Shown in pieces: positions 58,657 through 64,000 of a stretch of DNA of 64,000 nt. The notes beneath the pieces are model-generated. The model was not told the origin of the DNA and ran no database searches. It saw only the letters and a list, made by a program, of their open reading frames with translations. This DNA is from an uncultured Candidatus Actinomarina sp. (lineage in GTDB: Bacteria > Actinomycetota > Acidimicrobiia > Actinomarinales > Actinomarinaceae). The first letter of the stretch is position 1. Each line of letters starts with the position of its first letter. The stretch covers positions 341,573 to 405,572 of the forward strand of contig CACLXG010000001.1 of NCBI GenBank assembly GCA_902610815.1, read 5' to 3'. The position numbers and the translations under genes were made by a program.

Positions 58657-59817
58657 GCTACTGTATTTGGTACTAACAATTTCTTTATTTGATATATTTT
58701 GCTGAAAATAACTTATATTCTCTAATATTTGATTTACTTTTTCAAGATTTTTTATTTGTTGCAGTGTAATTTCTAATTTTTCAGGTTTTTTTAAATCAAT
58801 GTTGAAACCCAATTCGTATTTATCAATTAATTCAGAAACAGCAGAATTAGGATTAGAAAAATTTATTAGTATTTTATTCATATTTAAGTAATCAAAAGTT
58901 TTTCCCGGAAACCCTTCAATAGTTATTTCATAATCTAAACAAATTAATGCGTACGGAATATCTTTTACTTTTTCCTCCAAATCTTCTCTAGGAAGATAGT
59001 CATTTATGTTTATATTGTCGTTTGAAAATTTAGATAAACTTGCAAATTCTTGTCCTGCACCATAAAGCTCAAACTTCCAGTTTTGGGGAAATTGCTCATT
59101 AAAAAAATTTATGAAAGAACTTATGTTTTGTGGCCTTCCAGTATTCCCGGCATAGAATATACTTTCTAATTTCAGGTTTGGTTTAAAATTACTCTTTGGA
59201 AATGGTGAAAAATGATTTATTGTATGAATTTTATTTTTATTAATACGTCTTTTTTCAATTAAGTATTTTTTTAACTCTTCAGAGTTAACTACAACTTTAC
59301 TCACACTTTTTAATGAATAGTTATCAAGAATTTTAAACAAAGATTTTAAAATTCTATTTGGTCGTTCATCTAATTTTTCAGCTATCTCTGGATACAACTC
59401 CCAAAGTGAATAAATCGTATTTATTTTTAAAATTTTAGTTGTAAAAATGCATACCAAATTCATAGTTGGTGGATAGCTAAAAATTAATATTTCTTTATAG
59501 TCTTTTCTATTTTTGTAAATAAATCGAATTGCTTTAAAGTTAAAACCCAACCATTGAAAAAATCTAGATGAATTTGAAAACTGACGCGGGTTCGATTCTA
59601 TGTAATGAACTTTTATTCCTTTAAACATTCCAACGCTAATATTTTTGTCGTTTTGATTGTATGCTTGAGCGCTTTTTAAATTGTATTGAGGTGAGCTTGC
59701 TAAAACTTCAATATTGTTCAATTCTTTATTCAATGCATCAGCTATCTCGGATACAATCATGCCTGTTGAAATAGTGTCAGGAGGAAAAGTTAAAGAATGA
59801 ATTAAAATTTTTTTCAT
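58636..59817 (-). CDS. Glycosyltransferase family 4
   Basis: 393 aa GT-B fold protein with an N-terminal GT4-like region and a C-terminal E-x7-E-like segment. Confidence 0.5.
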   Translation of the reverse strand: MKKILIHSLTFPPDTISTGMIVSEIADALNKELNNIEVLASSPQYNLKSAQAYNQNDKNISVGMFKGIKVHYIESNPRQFSNSSRFFQWLGFNFKAIRFIYKNRKDYKEILIFSYPPTMNLVCIFTTKILKINTIYSLWELYPEIAEKLDERPNRILKSLFKILDNYSLKSVSKVVVNSEELKKYLIEKRRINKNKIHTINHFSPFPKSNFKPNLKLESIFYAGNTGRPQNISSFINFFNEQFPQNWKFELYGAGQEFASLSKFSNDNININDYLPREDLEEKVKDIPYALICLDYEITIEGFPGKTFDYLNMNKILINFSNPNSAVSELIDKYELGFNIDLKKPEKLEITLQQIKNLEKVNQILENISYFQQNISNKEIVSTKYSSLICSSS

Positions 59818-60971
59818 TTTAAAAATGATCTTGAGATATCAAAATCATAATTTTCTCTAGCGTGTTTGTTAAAGTTGTTATTTTTATTTAAATCTATCAA
59901 ATCATCAACAATTACTTTAGAAGCAGTTCCATTGCCAAAAGGGTGTTTCCAAACAGTACTTTTTAATTCATAAGCTTTAAAATGTACATCTTCTAGATTG
60001 TCATTTTTAATAGTAGGATCAAATTTTATAGATGATTTGACCTCATACACTTCTGGTCTTTCTGTACTATGTCTCATCTGAACTGTTGGGATTCCTAATA
60101 TACATGCTTCTTCTATTACTGTTCCTGAATCAGATAAGCAATAAGATGAGTTTTTGAGTAGGTAGATAAACTCAAGGTAACCAATGGGGTCTACAACTAA
60201 GATGTTATTATTTAACTTCATTCCCGAATCTTTTAACTGTCTTTGAGTGGCGTATCCCATTGGGAAAACTACTTTTTTATTAGTTGTATTTATTAAATTA
60301 ATTATGCTTTCAAAGCTTTCTGAACTTAAAATATTTTCTCTTCTGTGGCAAGTAACTAATACGAACTCGTCTTCTTTGATAAAATTTTTGACTTTATCAT
60401 CAAGAAAATTAACCCCTGTATCAAATAAATCTTTAAATTCATCAAGAATATCAACTATAGGGTTTCCAGTAACTTTTATTATGCTGTCAGATATACCTTC
60501 ATTTAACCCTTGTTTCTTATATGTGGGAAGATATGAATAAATTCTATCTGAAAGATGATCAATTGTTTTTCTGTATTTTTCTTCAGGCATTCTCCAGTCA
60601 TATGACCTCATACATCCCTCTATGTGAACAATTGGTGTATTGTGCTGTGAAACACCTATAGAACCCATCACTGTATTAGTATCACCCAGAAACATAACAG
60701 CTTTATATTTATGATTTTCTAGGTGTGAGTAAGTTTCATTAATTATCGAGGAAACTGTAGTTGCATCGTTTGTAACATCGATATTAAATTCATAATCTGG
60801 TTTTGGAGTGTTTAGTTGATTAAAAAAAACATCTTTCATATTTTCTGAATAATGTTGTCCAGACCAAATAAAGTCAAAATCAATATCTGTACTTTGATTT
60901 AATAATTTTATTATTTTGCTTGCCCTAATTACATCAGGCCTAATTCCAAGAATTAATCCAATATCTTTCAT
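59814..60971 (-). CDS. UDP-N-acetylglucosamine 2-epimerase family (FnlC/Cap5G-like C2 epimerase)
   Basis: 385 aa with LGIRPDVIRASK and HIEGCMRS (a variant of HVEAGLRS). It is the second WecB-family enzyme in the island and sits next to RmlD-like and cupin genes. Confidence 0.6.
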   Translation of the reverse strand: MKDIGLILGIRPDVIRASKIIKLLNQSTDIDFDFIWSGQHYSENMKDVFFNQLNTPKPDYEFNIDVTNDATTVSSIINETYSHLENHKYKAVMFLGDTNTVMGSIGVSQHNTPIVHIEGCMRSYDWRMPEEKYRKTIDHLSDRIYSYLPTYKKQGLNEGISDSIIKVTGNPIVDILDEFKDLFDTGVNFLDDKVKNFIKEDEFVLVTCHRRENILSSESFESIINLINTTNKKVVFPMGYATQRQLKDSGMKLNNNILVVDPIGYLEFIYLLKNSSYCLSDSGTVIEEACILGIPTVQMRHSTERPEVYEVKSSIKFDPTIKNDNLEDVHFKAYELKSTVWKHPFGNGTASKVIVDDLIDLNKNNNFNKHARENYDFDISRSFLK

Positions 60972-61870
60972 GTCGTATTAAGAATACCTTTAGTTAAACT
61001 GCTTTCAGATAATTCTTTAATATTTTCTTCTATTGTTGGAATATTTCCATATCCGGCATCTAACCATAATGTTTTATTTGCATCTTCGTTTTCAGTTTTT
61101 AAAGTTCTATTTACCGAATTTTCAGAGTTAATTTTTTCAACCTTCACATCAACACCAAAAAACTTTTTAAAATATATTAATAAGTCGTATTTTGAAACCT
61201 CATCCTTAGGTATTACATGTTGTAAATTATTTTTGAAATTATTAGTTTTAATCATTCCGTGGACAATCTTTGCAAAATTTAATGTTGTAATCCCATTCCA
61301 CATATGATTCATAAAACCATTTACTTTTCCTTCATTTTGATTTAAAAACCAATTTAGCAAAGACTTTCCCTGGCCTGCTTCTGGCCCGACAATACTTCCT
61401 CTTAATAAATATTTGTTTAAATTTACTGCTTCTCCACCAATTTTTGATTTTCCGTATACATCAATTGCATCTTGAAAAGAAGATTCTATGTAATCACCAG
61501 TTGCACCTGAAAAAACACAGTCCGTACCAATTTGAATAAATTTAAAATTATGTTCTGAGGCAAGGTTTGAAATTTTTAATGGAAAATAGCTATTTACTTC
61601 TAGCGCTTTATTAATTGAATTGTTACTTTCTTCATTAATTTCAGGTTTGATTAGCCCAATGCAATTTATCAGAAAATCTGGATTTATATCTTTGATCAAC
61701 TTTTCTAAATCATCAGTTAATGCGTCAAATTTATAAGAATTTTCATGTGGATAATTCTGCTTATTATTTCTATAAGTTAAAAATATATCAAATTCATTAG
61801 TGTTAATGAAATATTTGGATACCATATTTCCAAGCATTCCACCTGAACCAAGTATCAATAACTTATTCAT
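60968..61870 (-). CDS. dTDP-4-dehydrorhamnose reductase (RmlD)-like sugar-nucleotide reductase
   Basis: The Rossmann motif LLILGSGGMLG lies directly after Met21 of the ORF, so the start is placed at the ATG at 61870..61868, which gives an 8-nt ATGAATAA overlap with the upstream gene. The YGKSKIGGE (YxxxK) motif is RmlD-like. The ORF-track start at 61930 would add 20 unrelated residues. Confidence 0.55.
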   Translation of the reverse strand: MNKLLILGSGGMLGNMVSKYFINTNEFDIFLTYRNNKQNYPHENSYKFDALTDDLEKLIKDINPDFLINCIGLIKPEINEESNNSINKALEVNSYFPLKISNLASEHNFKFIQIGTDCVFSGATGDYIESSFQDAIDVYGKSKIGGEAVNLNKYLLRGSIVGPEAGQGKSLLNWFLNQNEGKVNGFMNHMWNGITTLNFAKIVHGMIKTNNFKNNLQHVIPKDEVSKYDLLIYFKKFFGVDVKVEKINSENSVNRTLKTENEDANKTLWLDAGYGNIPTIEENIKELSESSLTKGILNTT

Positions 61871-62309
61871 AAAAATTTGGATTAAGTTCGCTCCACGGAT
61901 CCCAAAATTTAGAATCAAAACGATAATCATCTTTGACCGACTTATCTAAAGGTAAAGATGAGAAGTATCTAATACTATTATTTTCAGTTAAATTCATTGC
62001 GCCATTTGCATAATTATTTGGTACATACAAAATTCCATCTGTTGGAGTTAAAGTAAATTTATGAATTTTTATATCATTAGATGGGTTATCAAAATCTTCT
62101 ATGTGTACAGCACAAACTAAGAATTCTCCCTCTTCAACACTAATCCACTTTTCTTCTATTTTGTGTCCGTGCCAAGCTCGAACTGTTTTTATTAATTCAT
62201 TCTGCACTTTATATGTTCTAACTACATTTTTTAAATTAAGTTCATTTGTAAAAAAAACCGTTCCCCTATCGTCTGAGTGTGAATTGCTCGAAAACAAAAT
62301 AGGTTCCAT
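61863..62309 (-). CDS. WxcM/FdtA-like cupin (sugar-nucleotide 3,4-ketoisomerase family)
   Basis: 148 aa small cupin with TVRAWHGHKIEEKW (a His-x-His metal/active-site pair) resembling FdtA/QdtA isomerases. Confidence 0.45.
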   Translation of the reverse strand: MEPILFSSNSHSDDRGTVFFTNELNLKNVVRTYKVQNELIKTVRAWHGHKIEEKWISVEEGEFLVCAVHIEDFDNPSNDIKIHKFTLTPTDGILYVPNNYANGAMNLTENNSIRYFSSLPLDKSVKDDYRFDSKFWDPWSELNPNFYE

Positions 62310-62311
62310 TT

Positions 62312-63244
62312 TTATTTAACTCCATATTTTTGTAAAAAATTTTGATTTGAATATCTAGGGTCATTTATATCTTTAATTCTATTTGAAGAAATTAACTCAT
62401 ACATTTCATTTATGCCTTGTGTTAAATCGACAGTGGCTTGAAATCCAGTAGCGTCTTTTAATTTGTCACTAGAAACTTGGTAATTTCGAGCATCTTGAAA
62501 TGGAAGAGGTGTTGTTTCTATCTCAACGTCACTAATTTTGTTTTTAATCTCGTTAGCAATTTCGATAATTTTAAAATTTTTGTAATGAATATTAAATACA
62601 CCGTTTGTTTGAGTATCAAGTGTATGAGCTATAGCATTTGCTACATCTTTCACATGAAGAAGAGGCCTCCATTGCTCACCCCCAAAAACACTCATTTTCT
62701 TATCAATATAGGCTTTGGTGGTTAAGATATTTACAACTAAATCCAGTCTAATTCTTGAAAACTTATCACCAATTCCAAAGAGGGTCCCTAATCTAAAAAT
62801 AATTGAATCTGAGTCAGCTAAATACTTTTCTGCAATAAGCTTTGAAGAAGCGTATTCAGAAAGTGGATTAACTTCAGAACTTTCATCAAGAACCCCTTCT
62901 TGAGCTCCGTAAACTGAACATGTAGAGAGAAATACTATTTTTCCTTTAAAATTTTTAGCAAGGTTTTTTACAGTTTCTGAATTAATTTCGTGAGTAAGGG
63001 CAGGATTTATTGCACAAGCTCCATCACCCACCAAAGCGGCTAGCCATATTACAGCATCAAATTGATCTAAAATATTGTTAATTTTTTTATAGTCTCTAAT
63101 GTCTCCAAATATAAAATTTACATTTTTCCTGTAAGAATTTTCATAAATTAAAGAATCATAAACTGTAACTTCATTTTCTTTTAATAATAAATCTACTATG
63201 CCACCTCCGACATAGCCTGCCCCGCCAACAATTAATACTTTCAT
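62312..63244 (-). CDS. NAD-dependent epimerase/dehydratase (extended SDR)
   Basis: 310 aa with N-terminal VLIVGGAGYVGG and catalytic YASSK. Confidence 0.7.
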   Translation of the reverse strand: MKVLIVGGAGYVGGGIVDLLLKENEVTVYDSLIYENSYRKNVNFIFGDIRDYKKINNILDQFDAVIWLAALVGDGACAINPALTHEINSETVKNLAKNFKGKIVFLSTCSVYGAQEGVLDESSEVNPLSEYASSKLIAEKYLADSDSIIFRLGTLFGIGDKFSRIRLDLVVNILTTKAYIDKKMSVFGGEQWRPLLHVKDVANAIAHTLDTQTNGVFNIHYKNFKIIEIANEIKNKISDVEIETTPLPFQDARNYQVSSDKLKDATGFQATVDLTQGINEMYELISSNRIKDINDPRYSNQNFLQKYGVK

Positions 63245-63340
63245 CTTCTTTAATAGTATATGCTTTTATTTTCTTAATAATTATTGTTTATTTTTTTGCA
63301 AAATATTTTCTTACACAAATATATACCAAGCTTTGTTACC

Positions 63341-64000
63341 ATGTTTACTGTGAGTAAAAACATTCTTGTTACTGGGAGTTCAGGTTTTATTGGCTTTAAT
63401 CTTTCAAAACAACTACTCAGTGAAGGTCACAATGTTACAGGTATTGACTCATTTAATGAAGCTTACGATCCGAGTTTTAAAAGAATAAGACAACAAATAC
63501 TTAAAAAAGATTCAAATTTTAAAGATTATGAATTGAATTTAGATATTTATAAAAATTTAGAACATATTAGAGATACTGAGGATTTTAATTATGATATTGT
63601 ATTTCACTTAGCTGCAAGAGCAGGTGTGAGGCAGAGCTTTTTAGATCCTGTTTCATATATAAAAGATAATGCTATTGGCACTACAAACATAGCTAATTTT
63701 GTTAAAGAACTTGGAATAAAAAAATTAGTCTTAGCTTCAACATCCTCAATTTATGGAAATAGTGGCACAAATAAGATGGTTGAAGGAGTTGATGAAAAGA
63801 TAGAACCACCTTCAATCTATGCCGCTTCAAAGTTGTCTGGTGAAGTGTTTGCAAAAAATATTCTAGAAAATTCAGAAACTAATGTTATCATTACAAGATT
63901 CTTCACAGTTTATGGTCCTTTTGGAAGACCAGATATGTCAGTCTTACGATTTATACATTGGATTGTCGAAGGTAAGAAGGTTAATTTATTTGGCGACGGT
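63341..64000 (+). CDS. NAD-dependent epimerase/dehydratase (UDP-glucuronate 4-epimerase / CapI-like), partial; continues beyond the window
   Basis: ATG at 63341. The N-terminus ILVTGSSGFIGFNLSKQLL is a Rossmann motif, and YAASK is the catalytic YxxxK. The ORF is open to the window end. Confidence 0.65.
   Translation, partial: MFTVSKNILVTGSSGFIGFNLSKQLLSEGHNVTGIDSFNEAYDPSFKRIRQQILKKDSNFKDYELNLDIYKNLEHIRDTEDFNYDIVFHLAARAGVRQSFLDPVSYIKDNAIGTTNIANFVKELGIKKLVLASTSSIYGNSGTNKMVEGVDEKIEPPSIYAASKLSGEVFAKNILENSETNVIITRFFTVYGPFGRPDMSVLRFIHWIVEGKKVNLFGDG

Noticed and set aside
1-64000. CRISPR arrays, tRNA or rRNA genes, insertion sequences
   Set aside because: No regularly spaced direct repeats, no cloverleaf-like GC-rich segments apart from rnpB, and no transposase-like ORFs were seen by eye. 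All long non-coding gaps are accounted for.

Overview
This is an AT-rich (~30% GC), gene-dense, streamlined bacterial chromosomal segment. Phylum-level markers point to Actinobacteria, most likely a low-GC marine lineage. The FtsZ N-terminus is of the '[19 protein letters not shown]' type, there is no ftsA, a DUF3040 gene sits upstream of mraZ, and there is an MmpL transporter, luciferase-like (F420-type) oxidoreductases, a Nif3/Zn-ribbon/RNase H triad and an exonuclease–GIY-YIG fusion. Window order: (1) a complete minus-strand dcw cell-division/peptidoglycan cluster, mraZ-rsmH-ftsL-ftsI-murE-mraY-murD-ftsW-murG-murC-murB-ftsQ-ftsZ, which lacks murF; (2) housekeeping genes (threonine aldolase, aminotransferase, ROK kinase, ilvD, queG); (3) an ilvBNC-leuA-leuB operon preceded by a leader-peptide/terminator attenuator; (4) a complete System I cytochrome c maturation cluster, ccmABC-E-F-H-I-G, followed by the RNase P RNA gene; (5) a conserved actinobacterial Nif3/Zn-ribbon/RNase HI block, an MmpL transporter, an M15 peptidase and PEP carboxylase; (6) a ~17 kb cell-surface glycan biosynthesis island that runs off the window end, with nucleotide-sugar enzymes, glycosyltransferases, Wzx, a Wzy-like protein, an initiating sugar transferase, and an AsnB-like amidotransferase paired with a heparinase II/III-like protein. 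No CRISPR array, tRNA, rRNA, transposase or prophage was seen. The most unusual observations are the System I ccm cluster in an apparently actinobacterial genome, the Ile/Val/Leu-rich leader-peptide attenuator upstream of ilvB, the 10-bp-phased direct repeats in the mraZ promoter, and the gene content of the glycan island.
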